32,000 nt of DNA from Pirellula staleyi DSM 6068 (GCA_000025185.1 CP001848.1:5250001-5282000), one strand, 5' to 3'. Counted from the first letter of the stretch, positions 16,801 to 25,495 are shown. Notes: generated from the sequence alone by a model not told the origin. Made by a program: numbers and translations.

Positions 16801-17079
16801 GGGGATGAATCGGCCTCCAGTTCCGCTGCCATTCCCGCAACAGCACTTGCCGAACATCCACAATCGCCGCTCGCGAAGCCGGTTGACAAGCCAGGGAGCA
16901 AGCCACTCTTGTTTCAGCCAGCTCTCACAGCCGACGATAAGGGAACCGTGGAAGTGGAGTTCACGATGCCACAAGGTCGCGATGAATACCTGCTGCTGAT
17001 CGATGCCTACGGCCACGGCCGTGTCGGCTCGGCGCAAGCAGTCATCAAGTCGCTCGGCACGAAAGCGAAAACGCCGTAA
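13894..17079 (+). CDS. Large membrane-anchored anti-sigma-factor-like protein (1061 aa)
   Basis: GTG at 13894 is the first possible start after the in-frame TGA at 13858, and GAAGGA lies 9 nt upstream. The N-terminal ~55 aa form a helical domain typical of anti-sigma N-termini (QQMWELVYDLLDPPEVAALHSLIKSDPDVARLYSEV). TM1 is at residues ~122-142. A long extracytoplasmic part follows, with a beta-rich domain and an Ala/Pro-rich stretch. Two further TMs lie near residues ~890-950. The C-terminal domain is PLLFQPALTADDKGTVEVEFTMPQGRDEYLLLIDAYGHG. Confidence 0.75.
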   Translation: MDNERSEQLRQQMWELVYDLLDPPEVAALHSLIKSDPDVARLYSEVHLQADLVGYAAQVEDESFAVQVPEEFAHLKIRVAALQATPEEPAVSLASTKSAAKSHPGKSHGKHKSAEQISPKTYTWLATGGTLALLMLLGVGLFRPPLESEKLAHNMTVTELHGPAKMVAGLTTHLSIETAAVDGTPKSTVVEVVVLDGEGQQKFASEVHTDAQGRGAVAVPGDLITPSTQVIATAVSEQLLLPRSAPRMVRKLAELAAAPAAKAHLHPAPEPTDTYVLSNAPAGKSEGEIELAVVRIGRYSKQIIPITSAADLDAAIAQHFPEAERKSLASALPDTRDGVMQATVQLPQAPRMAMMRSSAPGIEARAMSPAMADAAPTELQAARGQSSDSQAADVPAPAPAPPAPAAIESAAAPVEGGSRSMKPQAKGLSAAPLAQAEGAMQLADGAQNLAAGNAPGTRGGEGGGGTRALPAAPVPGEVPFSAQAAIAPAEAVADNGPPNDKMSRRTAEAEAAKLEQAAMAKRASTQDTIARNGAETLSPKPQSGQLRKSHPGIKHAEQRVPKNRASAMPRAFGTEIGPKESAKIILPETMIGERVSVAMVQHDARVELGEFNTDALAVPKTLEVPLPPEIDGEFALHVANARASRKSAADTTEQVLDRSAQQRATGDDPLVEFFVRRSSKNWQLDIENQSTKSLVAKNQPAKIESSRADNATQDQADTTNSLTFAPGEQVKLRLRVSDESGKPGPATIAVRMVEESSRGGDAVALSQMASVVQRLNFEADSQRDRLANTFAMQTEKQSASATDKATADLRKNVAEHERLEHQLEHPKQAEHDPIQADAHHQSHEQPSIQLHLAPTNDRLLASNQADVCSAACDLCSHIDEMGATRKHFTGLLLIAGSLMLGAVLVFQKLQRVAIYVPLFVVASSAAVAGLLSGVTWIALNEHDPVTLAELMREDSTAVVAMAPATEPKLGDESASSSAAIPATALAEHPQSPLAKPVDKPGSKPLLFQPALTADDKGTVEVEFTMPQGRDEYLLLIDAYGHGRVGSAQAVIKSLGTKAKTP

Positions 17080-17136
17080 CTGGCGTTTGCTCTCTCAACC
17101 AGCAGTCTGCAGCCGATCGCAGGTGTGCAAAATACG

Positions 17137-18603
17137 CTAGATCAAGATGCCGCGAATCACTTCGCCATGGACATTCGTGAGTCGTCGTTCAATACCATTG
17201 TGATAGAACGATAAGCGCTCGTGATCGATGCCGAGCAGATGCAAAACGGTCGCATGGAAATCGTGCCACGCCACAGGATGCTCGGCTGATTTCCAGCCGA
17301 TCTCGTCGGTGGCTCCAAACGCAGTGCCGTGTTTTAGGCCTGCCCCCGCTAGCCAGACCGAGAAGCCATATTGATTGTGATCGCGGCCGAGTCCGACTTG
17401 ATCGGCAGCTGACTGTGTAAACGGCGTGCGACCAAACTCGGTGGTGAAGAGCACCAGGGTATCGTCGAGCATGCCTCGCTGGCGAAGATCTTTCAGCAGG
17501 GCTGCGACCGGTTTGTCGATCAACTTCGCCTCGCGGGTGTGGTTCTCTTTCACATCTTCGTGCCCATCCCAATTGATGCGTGGCGATCCGAAGGCACCTC
17601 CCGAGAAGAGTTGTACCATCCGGACACCTTGCTCGATGAGACGCCGCGCGAGCAAGCAATTGCGGCCGAAATCCCGCGTCGAATCGTCATCGAGGCCATA
17701 CATCGTGTGGGTCGCCGCCGACTCTTGCGAAAGATCGACCACACGCGGAACAGCCAGTTGCATCTTGGCGGCGAGTTCATACGCGAGCATGCGCGCGACG
17801 AGTTCAGGCTCCTCGGCGTGGTGGCGCAAATTCTCTTTCGCAAGGAGCGCATGTAGCTCGCGCGACTGGCGTTCGACCGCAGCATCAATTGCTCGTGCTG
17901 GCGTTAAGTCGGCGATCGGTGCTCCCTTGGACTGGAACATCACACCTTGATGCTGCGCTGGCAAAAATCCACTGGTCCAGTTGGTCGTACCACCAGCAGG
18001 CATGCCGCGCGTGTCGGGGAGGACCACAAAGGCGGGGAGTTCATCGGTCTCGCAGCCGAGTCCATACGACAACCAGGCACCAGCTGTAGGGAAACCGGTT
18101 AAGCGAAAGCCTGAGTTCTCTTGATAGGTCGCTGGAGTATGGCTCGACGACTCGGCGACCATCGAACGTACAACCGTTAGTTCGTCGGCCACTTCTGCCA
18201 GATGGGGAAAGAGTTCCGAGATCCAGAGCCCACTTTCGCCGCGCTGTCGAAACTCGAAGTCATGCTTGCGAAGCAATCCTACGCGTCCGAAAAAGACGTC
18301 GGGCTTCTCGTCGCCACCGAGCGGTTTGCCATGAAACTTTTCGAGCGCCGGTTTGTAATCGAACGAATCCAAATGGCTAAGTCCGCCACACAAGCAAATG
18401 TGAATCACACGCTTTGCTTTCGGCGCATGATGCGGAGGAAGATCGCGAGCCTCGCCACGAATCGGAGCTGCACACAGCGTATCGCGATTCAGCAGACCAT
18501 AGAGCGCAGCCGCTGTGAGACCGCTCGAGGCAAAGCCGAGAAAGTCGCGTCGCGATTGATTCGGTGAATTCGGTTTTTTGCTAGTAAACATAGAGAAATC
18601 CAC
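17137..18603 (-). CDS. DUF1501 (sulfatase-fold) protein with Tat signal
   Basis: Tat motif SRRDFLGFASSG. Also HICLCGGLSHLDSFDYKP and GRDHN, which are typical of planctomycetal DUF1501 proteins. The start overlaps the upstream gene end by 23 nt, or 11 nt if the start is M5. Confidence 0.9.
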   Translation of the reverse strand: MDFSMFTSKKPNSPNQSRRDFLGFASSGLTAAALYGLLNRDTLCAAPIRGEARDLPPHHAPKAKRVIHICLCGGLSHLDSFDYKPALEKFHGKPLGGDEKPDVFFGRVGLLRKHDFEFRQRGESGLWISELFPHLAEVADELTVVRSMVAESSSHTPATYQENSGFRLTGFPTAGAWLSYGLGCETDELPAFVVLPDTRGMPAGGTTNWTSGFLPAQHQGVMFQSKGAPIADLTPARAIDAAVERQSRELHALLAKENLRHHAEEPELVARMLAYELAAKMQLAVPRVVDLSQESAATHTMYGLDDDSTRDFGRNCLLARRLIEQGVRMVQLFSGGAFGSPRINWDGHEDVKENHTREAKLIDKPVAALLKDLRQRGMLDDTLVLFTTEFGRTPFTQSAADQVGLGRDHNQYGFSVWLAGAGLKHGTAFGATDEIGWKSAEHPVAWHDFHATVLHLLGIDHERLSFYHNGIERRLTNVHGEVIRGILI

Positions 18604-21600
18604 TCGAATTCAGCAGAACGCGGCACAGAAGTGAGAGCGAATTGTGTTTGGCAAACGTAACCGATGCAGCGAGTTCTGCAGCGGATGGCGCACGTCCATA
18701 AGCAATCAAAAACGCTCGCTCGACTTGCTGCTCGACAGATGCCGGAGCCTCTTTTTCCAGGCGGCTCGCAAAACTATCCGCCATCCGAAGAGTGAACGAG
18801 CTGTTGAGTAGCGATAGCGCCTGAAGCGGCGTTGTGGTCGATGCGCGGCGCGGAGCAGCGGTCGATGGATCGGGACAATCAAACGTATCGAGCAAGGGAC
18901 TACGTCCGCCGCGTGCCCACATGCGATAGATGCTACGTCGATGGAACTCAGCGCCGACTGGATCGATCGGTTCATAGTACTGCGACGACTTGTGAACGTA
19001 AGGCCGGAAGTCGTGAAAACTCTCGCCGCCATACTGCGTGTTGAGTTGCCCGCTGCTCAACAGCATCGCATCGCGGAGCGATTCAGCATCGAGCCTTCGA
19101 GGCGACATCCGCCAGAGCAATTTATTATCGGCATCGACTTGGATGCAGTCAGCGCGACTGAGCGAAGCTTGCTGGTAGGTTTTCGACGTGACCATCAATT
19201 TATGAAGCGATTTGAGGCGAAAACCACTCGACGCAAACTGATGCGCGAGATAATCGAGCAACTCTGGATGTGTCGGCAAACCACCACTAAAACCGAGATC
19301 ATTCGGCGTTTCGACAAGTCCTCGACCAAAGTGATATTGCCAAACACGATTGACCATCGTGCGTGCGAAGAGAGGATTTTCTGGCGAAGTGATCCAGTGG
19401 GCAAGTGCGAGGCGACGCGCTTCATCGGAGCTATCAGCAGCCACTTTCCAATCGACATGCGGCGCAACAGCCGAGAGTCCCTGAGGAGCAATCACATCGG
19501 CTTTGTTTTGGGGATTCCCGCGTAGCAGCAGATGCGTTACCTCCGCCGACTTGGGAGTAATCGCAAACGACTTTTGTTCGAGCAGCAGAGCAAGTGGCTG
19601 ACTAACATTTCGCAGCGACGCTTGAGCACGATCGTATGTCGCACGCTCATCGGCTGTCATCTCTTTTTCGATCTGCTCGGTGGTAAAGACCGGCATCACG
19701 TTTTTATCGAGTGCCGCCACTTGCTCGCGCGAGAGAGGAACTCCATAAACGGCAGCGCGAGCAATTTTTCCTTGCAGGAGCCGATCTTTGGCAACAGGGC
19801 TGTGGCGTAGACCGAGCAAGATGTTGCTCTTGCCCGCTTCGAGTTCCAGCGGTTTCTCGGTTCGATACGAATCACCTACTTGGACTCCATCGCGATAGAA
19901 CGTCACGTCTCCCTCGGCGGAGTAGACCATCGCTACGGTCACCCAGCGCTCCGCTGCGGCGCTTTCAGCATCAGGAATCGCCAACGATTTGGTCCGCTTG
20001 AAGAAATCGCTTCCCGCCATCCATCGACGAGGCTCTTGTTCGCCGTAGACAATCGCATCGAACTGATTGCCGTCGAGCAACTGCAGACTCACAACGCCAC
20101 CCGCCCGCTGATCAAGCGAATCGAGCTTCACACTGGCCAAGAGAGTTTTGGCTTTGGTCGCCACGGGGAGAGGATCGCTTTCCGCATATGCTGTCTCGCC
20201 ATCGAGCACTAGCGCGCCACTTTCCACCTTCGCGCCACCACGCAAATGGAGCGGCAATTTGCCGGTTTTAAGCGTCTCTGAATCGGCGAAGTTCCAAGCT
20301 GCGATCGGCTCGGGAATGGTCGCCAGGATTTGCGCTAGTGTCTGTTCATTCCCCCCCATACTTGCGCGTAACCGGGCACGAACAGCATCGGTGATACGCG
20401 TGACCTGCGCTGTGGACGCCATCTGCTCGGCGCGAAGTGTATCGACAAGCGTGTGATCGATCACTTCGCGATCGCCGCGCTGAACGCCTGAGAGTGCTGC
20501 TGCGATGCGATAGTAGTCAGTCTGCTTGATCGGATCGAACTTGTGATCGTGACAGCGTGCGCAGTTGGCCGTCAGCCCGAGAAAACTTTGTGTCACGCTG
20601 GCGACGAGTTCTTCCATTTCATCTTGCCGCATGATCGCGCGCATCGTATCGCCGGCGGGCTTAAGATCGTCGAAGGCACCCGCAACGAGAAATCCTGTAG
20701 CGATAATCCCCTCGCGCGTGGGGCGTCCCTTCGCATCGCGGCGCAGCAAGTCGCCGGCAATCTGCTCGCGCGCGAACTGATCGTAAGGCATGTCGCTGTT
20801 GAGCGCTTCAATCACCCAGTCGCGATAGCGCCATGCATGGGGACGCATCCGGTCGTACTCAAAGCCGTTGCTCTCGCCGAAATGTGCCACATCAAGCCAG
20901 TGCCGCGCCCAACGTTCGCCATAATGTCGCGATGCAAGTAGCTCGTCGACCAGACGCTCATAGGCATCGGCCCGCTTGTCGTTCTCAAACGCCTCGATAG
21001 CCTCGGGCGATGGGGGAAGACCTAGCAAATCGAACGACAAGCGACGAATCAAGTCGCGCCGCAAAGCAGGCGGCGAAGGAGCCAGTTTCGCCTCCGCGAG
21101 CTTGGCACCAATGAATCGATCGATCGGATGCGAGCTCGAAAAAACATCCTGATCCTCGGGAATTGCTGCAACTTTCACGGGCTGTAGCGACCACCAATCA
21201 CGTCCCGCGCGCGTTGAAGTCGAAATGCGATACGGATCAATCGGATCGGTTCCCCACTTGGCTCCGGCGTCGATCCAAGCGGCGAGCAGCGCGGTTTCGT
21301 GCGCGGCGAGTTTCTTTTTCGGAGGCATCTCCCCATCACGAACTCGCGCAAAAACTAAACTAGTTGCGCTTTTGCGCGCTACGATTGCCGCGCCACTCTC
21401 TCCACCTTTTTCGAGTCCACTGCGCGACGAAAGATCGAGACCACCTTTTGCCGCCGGTCCGCTGTGACAATCGAGGCAATGACTCGCGAGCAAAGGGGCA
21501 ATATCGCGATCAAAATCGATCTCAGCAGCACTTCCCCCAGTGGAGAAAAAGAGCGCAGCCAGCACCCAACTTATGACGAGCGGCGATCGAAACCAAAATT

Positions 21601-21604
21601 GCAT
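18581..21604 (-). CDS. PSCyt1 / PSCyt2 (DUF1549) / LamG / PSD1 (DUF1553) multidomain protein
   Basis: Signal peptide, then the heme-binding-like motif CLDCH (planctomycete cytochrome c domain). The DUF1549-like stretch is LIRRLSFDLLGLPPSPEAIEAF. A central concanavalin/LamG-like insert follows. The DUF1553-like C-terminal part is MVNRVWQYHFGRGLVETPNDLGFSG...HPELLDYLA. Confidence 0.9.
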   Translation of the reverse strand: MQFWFRSPLVISWVLAALFFSTGGSAAEIDFDRDIAPLLASHCLDCHSGPAAKGGLDLSSRSGLEKGGESGAAIVARKSATSLVFARVRDGEMPPKKKLAAHETALLAAWIDAGAKWGTDPIDPYRISTSTRAGRDWWSLQPVKVAAIPEDQDVFSSSHPIDRFIGAKLAEAKLAPSPPALRRDLIRRLSFDLLGLPPSPEAIEAFENDKRADAYERLVDELLASRHYGERWARHWLDVAHFGESNGFEYDRMRPHAWRYRDWVIEALNSDMPYDQFAREQIAGDLLRRDAKGRPTREGIIATGFLVAGAFDDLKPAGDTMRAIMRQDEMEELVASVTQSFLGLTANCARCHDHKFDPIKQTDYYRIAAALSGVQRGDREVIDHTLVDTLRAEQMASTAQVTRITDAVRARLRASMGGNEQTLAQILATIPEPIAAWNFADSETLKTGKLPLHLRGGAKVESGALVLDGETAYAESDPLPVATKAKTLLASVKLDSLDQRAGGVVSLQLLDGNQFDAIVYGEQEPRRWMAGSDFFKRTKSLAIPDAESAAAERWVTVAMVYSAEGDVTFYRDGVQVGDSYRTEKPLELEAGKSNILLGLRHSPVAKDRLLQGKIARAAVYGVPLSREQVAALDKNVMPVFTTEQIEKEMTADERATYDRAQASLRNVSQPLALLLEQKSFAITPKSAEVTHLLLRGNPQNKADVIAPQGLSAVAPHVDWKVAADSSDEARRLALAHWITSPENPLFARTMVNRVWQYHFGRGLVETPNDLGFSGGLPTHPELLDYLAHQFASSGFRLKSLHKLMVTSKTYQQASLSRADCIQVDADNKLLWRMSPRRLDAESLRDAMLLSSGQLNTQYGGESFHDFRPYVHKSSQYYEPIDPVGAEFHRRSIYRMWARGGRSPLLDTFDCPDPSTAAPRRASTTTPLQALSLLNSSFTLRMADSFASRLEKEAPASVEQQVERAFLIAYGRAPSAAELAASVTFAKHNSLSLLCRVLLNSSGFLYVY

Positions 21605-21643
21605 CGAAGCGTTCTCCGCCGGAAGGTGGCAGGGGAGCGTGGT

Positions 21644-22306
21644 TCAAAGAGGAGCAGACATGACCTCGCGTCCAAGACGCTCACCAATCTCGGCCAGCAA
21701 GGTGCTGAATGCGTGATCGGATAGGGCGGGGCGCGGGTCTACGACTTCCAAAGCCTGAGGCAAGTCGACCCACGAGTGACAGCCTGCCATGGCCTGCGAT
21801 TCTAGCAGGGTGTACATCTCAGCCGAAGTAAAAATTCGGGTGACCAAAAGTGTCAAACCGGGCTTCTTATAGTGGAAGCGGTCTTCGAGCATTTTTCGGT
21901 CGAGCGCTTGCAGCGACTCGACTGCGACGAGTTCATCGAGCGACGTAATCGAAACCGCGACGATCGGCTGGGCGTAGATCGAGAGCGTAATCTTCCCTTC
22001 CCCAAGTTCAGGCAGCGGAGCAGGGGGGTTACCCTGCAGCAATGCTTGCCACTCGCTCCGGAGGGAACTGCCGGTTTGTAGCACAGCCGCCTGATGGAAC
22101 TGCGTGGGATAGATCCAAGCAGCTTCGTGTTTGGCGCGAAAACCACCGGGACCTTCCGCGATGCCACCTTTACGGAGCATCGTCGAAATTGCCCCCCGCG
22201 CCAGAAGTTCCGCGATCACTTGCCATTCTTTAAGGGCGAATGCCGACGCTAAATGCTGAGATTGACTGTTAGAATGCGTCATCGTCGAACCATCCCCCAG
22301 ACTCAA
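21644..22306 (-). CDS. DUF1802-like protein
   Basis: FALKEWQVIAELLARGAISTMLRKGGIAEGPGGF...AWIYPTQFHQ matches the DUF1802 N-terminal pattern as I remember it. The start may be M9 (MTHSNSQ). Confidence 0.65.
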   Translation of the reverse strand: MSLGDGSTMTHSNSQSQHLASAFALKEWQVIAELLARGAISTMLRKGGIAEGPGGFRAKHEAAWIYPTQFHQAAVLQTGSSLRSEWQALLQGNPPAPLPELGEGKITLSIYAQPIVAVSITSLDELVAVESLQALDRKMLEDRFHYKKPGLTLLVTRIFTSAEMYTLLESQAMAGCHSWVDLPQALEVVDPRPALSDHAFSTLLAEIGERLGREVMSAPL

Positions 22307-22443
22307 GGTTAGTAAGCTCTAAAGCAATTGCATCAGGCTTCGAACCTAGTGAATCACGGCACCGAGCATTAACCTTTGAGTAACTATAAGCTTCCCCGAA
22401 GTACCAACATCCAACGCCCACTTCTTTCATTTTGATCGGGCCT

Positions 22444-22830
22444 ATGACAGCGATTCAACATCTGCGGCTGAAGGTCTACAGCGCTCGCCGCCGCGGCCGT
22501 CTGATAGGAATAGCGGGCGACCGAGAAAGCCTGCTCAGGCTTTGTAACATCAAGCGACACCAATCGCGGCTCTGGACGATTGAATCAGTCGAACAACTTG
22601 TCGGAGTAATTCAAGGTAAGGTTTTCGACTGGAACGAAGGGGCCGCAAAACCGCCCCGTTGGAAGCTAAATTGGCTCTGTCCGGATTGTAAGCAAAAGCA
22701 GTGGGGTGATTGGTCGAGCGATGTTCCCAATCCCTGTCTGTGGTATTCCGAGTGCCGTTGCATCGATAAATGGCAAATTAGCTGGGAAGTCAAACACCCT
22801 CCTTACATCGAGGCTAGTTTCGAGCCCTAA
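22444..22830 (+). CDS. Hypothetical Cys/Trp-rich small protein (128 aa)
   Basis: The track ORF starts at TTG 22432; I use the ATG at 22444. Possible zinc knuckles are [14 protein letters not shown] and [11 protein letters not shown] content and GC3 appear visibly lower than in the neighbours (by eye). Confidence 0.4.
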   Translation: MTAIQHLRLKVYSARRRGRLIGIAGDRESLLRLCNIKRHQSRLWTIESVEQLVGVIQGKVFDWNEGAAKPPRWKLNWLCPDCKQKQWGDWSSDVPNPCLWYSECRCIDKWQISWEVKHPPYIEASFEP

Positions 22831-23084
22831 GTCACCAATTGACAATCACTTCTCGCCGAAATGGAAGCTCAGTTCGGCGGTGTGCGGGTCGGGGCGGCTC
22901 ATCGCACTTTTCTCTTTCCAAGGTGGTGCGGACCTCCTTTGACCGGTACACTACGCCCAAACGCAATCCCTTAGCTCGTCGGCAATCGGCCGCTAGCTGG
23001 GGCTTTTATCGGGTCCGAATCGGGCACTATCCACTTGCTCGATCCACGACTCGGGTTCTTCCTTTAGCAGGATTACTCTCCGCC

Positions 23085-24479
23085 ATGAACGATCGCCAGA
23101 ACAGTCGTCGTCGGTTCCTTCAAACCACCTCTGCTGCAGCCGCTACCGCTGTCGCGGCCCCTTATTTCTTCTCCGATGCACCCGCCTATAGCCAAGACGC
23201 CAAAACCACGTCGAAGCAAGATCGCAAGATCATCGGCTGTATCGGCGTGGGGGATCGCTGGAACGCTGTGGGACCTCAAGCCCTCAACTTCGGCGACTGC
23301 GTTGCCGTGTGCGATGTCGACAGCAACATGACCGACAAGGCCAAGGCCCGCGTCAGCGAAATCCAATCGAAGGCTGGCCGCAACCTCGATGTGGCAGTGT
23401 TCGAAGACTATCAAAAGCTTCTCGAGCGCAAAGATATCGAAGTGGTGACGATCGTCACCCCCGATCACTGGCACAGCAAGATCGCCATCGAAGCGATGAA
23501 AGCTGGCAAAGATGTCTACTGCGAAAAGCCACTCACCCTCACCATCGACGAAGGTAAGCAGATCGTCAAAGTGCTGAAGGAAACGGGCCGCGTTTTCCAA
23601 GTGGGTACGCAGCAGCGCTCGGAAATGGGCGAACGATTCCTCACTGCCGTGGCCATCTGTCACGCTGGTTTGATCGGCGATATCAAGAAGGTTCAGTGCG
23701 CTATCGGCGGTGCTCCTTCGAGCCCCGAACTTCCCAAAGCCGATATCCCCAGCGGCCTGAACTTCGAGAAATGGCTCGGCCAAGCTCCGCTTGTTGATTA
23801 CGTTTCGGCACCATCGGGTGGAAAGTACCCGCACAGCCGCGTGCACTACGAATTCCGCTGGTGGTACGAATACTCCGGCGGCAAGATGACCGACTGGGGT
23901 GCTCACCACGTTGATATCGCTCAGTGGGCGATGAAACTCGACAACACTGGTCCCATGACGGTGGAAGGAACTGCCAAGCATCCTGTTCCGTTCAAGGATG
24001 GCTGGCCCACAGTGAGCAATCGCTACAACGCCGCCACCGAGTTCAACGTGAAGTGCATGTTCCCTGGCGATGTCGAACTGACGATCCGCAGCGATACCGA
24101 AAACGGCATCACGATCGAAGGGACCAAGGGGACGATCTTTGTCAGCCGCGGCGCTCTGCGCGATGTGGTGGGCAACGCAGTGGCTGGCCTGAAGAAGGAC
24201 AATCCACTTCCCGAAGGCTTCCTGACGAAGCTTTACAAGGGAAAGAAGTATGGCAATCACATGGCCAACTTCTTCGATTGCATTGGCACCCGCGAACAGC
24301 CGATCAGCGATGTCTACACGCATCACCGCGCGATGAGCACGTGCCACTTGGCCAACATCGCCATCCGTGTCGATCGCAAGATCAAGTGGAACGCCGAGAC
24401 CGAGCAGATCGAAGGTGACGAAGTAGCCAACAGCTTCATCAAGCGCGAAGCCCGTAAGGGTTACGAAGTGACGGCGTAA
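23085..24479 (+). CDS. Gfo/Idh/MocA-family oxidoreductase with Tat signal
   Basis: I chose the internal ATG at 23085 because the product then begins [30 protein letters not shown] (twin-arginine signal). Rossmann region [10 protein letters not shown] and the family motif YCEKPLTL are present. The 82 codons upstream in the track ORF look non-coding. Confidence 0.9.
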   Translation: MNDRQNSRRRFLQTTSAAAATAVAAPYFFSDAPAYSQDAKTTSKQDRKIIGCIGVGDRWNAVGPQALNFGDCVAVCDVDSNMTDKAKARVSEIQSKAGRNLDVAVFEDYQKLLERKDIEVVTIVTPDHWHSKIAIEAMKAGKDVYCEKPLTLTIDEGKQIVKVLKETGRVFQVGTQQRSEMGERFLTAVAICHAGLIGDIKKVQCAIGGAPSSPELPKADIPSGLNFEKWLGQAPLVDYVSAPSGGKYPHSRVHYEFRWWYEYSGGKMTDWGAHHVDIAQWAMKLDNTGPMTVEGTAKHPVPFKDGWPTVSNRYNAATEFNVKCMFPGDVELTIRSDTENGITIEGTKGTIFVSRGALRDVVGNAVAGLKKDNPLPEGFLTKLYKGKKYGNHMANFFDCIGTREQPISDVYTHHRAMSTCHLANIAIRVDRKIKWNAETEQIEGDEVANSFIKREARKGYEVTA

Positions 24480-24524
24480 AGCCGTTTTGTCACGCTGCTG
24501 AAAAGCGAAAAACTAAAAAACAAA

Positions 24525-24560
24525 ACGCCTCGATGGAAACATCGGGGCGTTTCTGTTTCT
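24525..24560 (+). terminator. Intrinsic terminator of the oxidoreductase gene
   Basis: acgcctcgatg-gaaa-catcggggcgt forms an 11-bp stem (one G.U) with a GAAA loop, followed by ttctgtttct. Confidence 0.7.
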
Positions 24561-24585
24561 TGACTCTTTATGATTAGCTCTTCCT

Positions 24586-24607
24586 CCCAGGCCGCTCGCA
24601 ACCAGGG
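24586..24607. repeat. Degenerate copy of the REP palindrome
   Basis: cccaggccgctcgcaaccaggg versus the consensus cccaggttgcgagcaacctggg: 5 mismatches, and the palindrome is partly lost. Confidence 0.4.
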
Positions 24608-24695
24608 ATCGCAAGAGTCAACGACCAGCAACAATCTCTGATGCAAGCAACATCTTTTTTTTCAAAAAACGAAATTTCGTACATGGCCCTTTCAC

Positions 24696-24717
24696 CCCAG
24701 GTTGCGAGCAACCTGGG
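24696..24717. repeat. REP-like perfect palindrome (10-bp arms, 2-nt loop)
   Basis: cccaggttgc-ga-gcaacctggg lies 46 nt downstream of the RAYT stop. It is identical to the copy at 25370-25391. Confidence 0.8.
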
Positions 24718-24762
24718 TTCACAAGAGGCAATTTCGTACTTGGCTCTGACCTCTGGAAACTT

Positions 24763-25269
24763 TTACTCTACCCATCGCACGGGGACTCCTACTGAACGCC
24801 CTTCGATGTAGTACCTAGCTGAACTCCATCTCCAATCGATGGCGCGATCAACCAATCCTGCTCGGACCGGATTCAAGTGGATGTAGTCGAGTTTGATACG
24901 CACGACGTCGCTCAACTCGACAGGCAACACAAATGACCGAGGGCGCCAAAACTTTTTTCCCATGCCAAATTTGGAAAAGTAATGAGGAGCATGCTCTGCA
25001 TACCAGCGGCGAATTGCATAGCTGCTCATGCGCTTCCAGCCATGTAAAAATCGGTCGATGAGTTCCACTTGAGGAACCCACAGCAGAGCATGCACATGAT
25101 CCGGCATTATCACAAAGCCGACGCAACTCGCATTCAATGCTTCGAGCTGATGATTGAGCGTTCCAAGCAGTAATCTTTTGGGCTGATCGAGATCCAATAA
25201 CCTACGGTGCGAATCGACACCAAAAGTCACGAAATGGATGAACTTGCTTTCGCTCATGGCAAAATGCAA
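24763..25269 (-). CDS. REP-associated tyrosine transposase (RAYT; IS200/IS605 TnpA-like Y1 HUH enzyme)
   Basis: HUH motif in VIMPDHVHALLW. The catalytic Tyr context is LDYIHLNPVRAGLV. Length is 168 aa. GC content appears lower than in flanking genes (by eye). The gene is flanked by identical palindromes. Confidence 0.85.
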   Translation of the reverse strand: MHFAMSESKFIHFVTFGVDSHRRLLDLDQPKRLLLGTLNHQLEALNASCVGFVIMPDHVHALLWVPQVELIDRFLHGWKRMSSYAIRRWYAEHAPHYFSKFGMGKKFWRPRSFVLPVELSDVVRIKLDYIHLNPVRAGLVDRAIDWRWSSARYYIEGRSVGVPVRWVE

Positions 25270-25369
25270 TAGCTACAAAAGACTACTTTTTTATGACTTT
25301 ATAGTCATCCTAAAACAACTATCGAGGGGAATCACCACCCGAACGAAATGAATTCGGGCCTCTCCTGAA

Positions 25370-25391
25370 CCCAGGTTGCGAGCAACCTGGG
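25370..25391. repeat. REP-like perfect palindrome, second copy
   Basis: cccaggttgcgagcaacctggg lies about 100 nt upstream of the RAYT start. Its 5' flank aacgaaat...ggcctct resembles the flank of the first copy (24668-24695). Confidence 0.8.
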
Positions 25392-25495
25392 ATGAAGCAA
25401 GTGAGAAGTAGGAAGCGGTTTGGTTAGAAGCCGAATCCCTGAAGACTGACTGTCGGGCCGGCGCGCGTCCGCAAAGCCATCATTTTCCACTTGCC

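Larger units (their letters stand above)
24668..25391 (-). mobile_element. RAYT-REP unit (domesticated transposase with flanking REP sequences)
   Basis: The gene is bracketed by two identical 22-nt palindromes, each with a partly conserved ~28-nt 5' flank. A third, degenerate palindrome lies at 24586. An 18-nt direct repeat, aatttcgtac(a/t)tggc(c/t)ct, occurs at 24673-24690 and 24730-24747. Confidence 0.6.

Noticed and set aside
23073-24347. 424-aa minus-strand ORF
   Set aside because: It lies antisense to the Gfo/Idh/MocA oxidoreductase, which has a Tat signal and the EKP motif. It has no motifs of its own.
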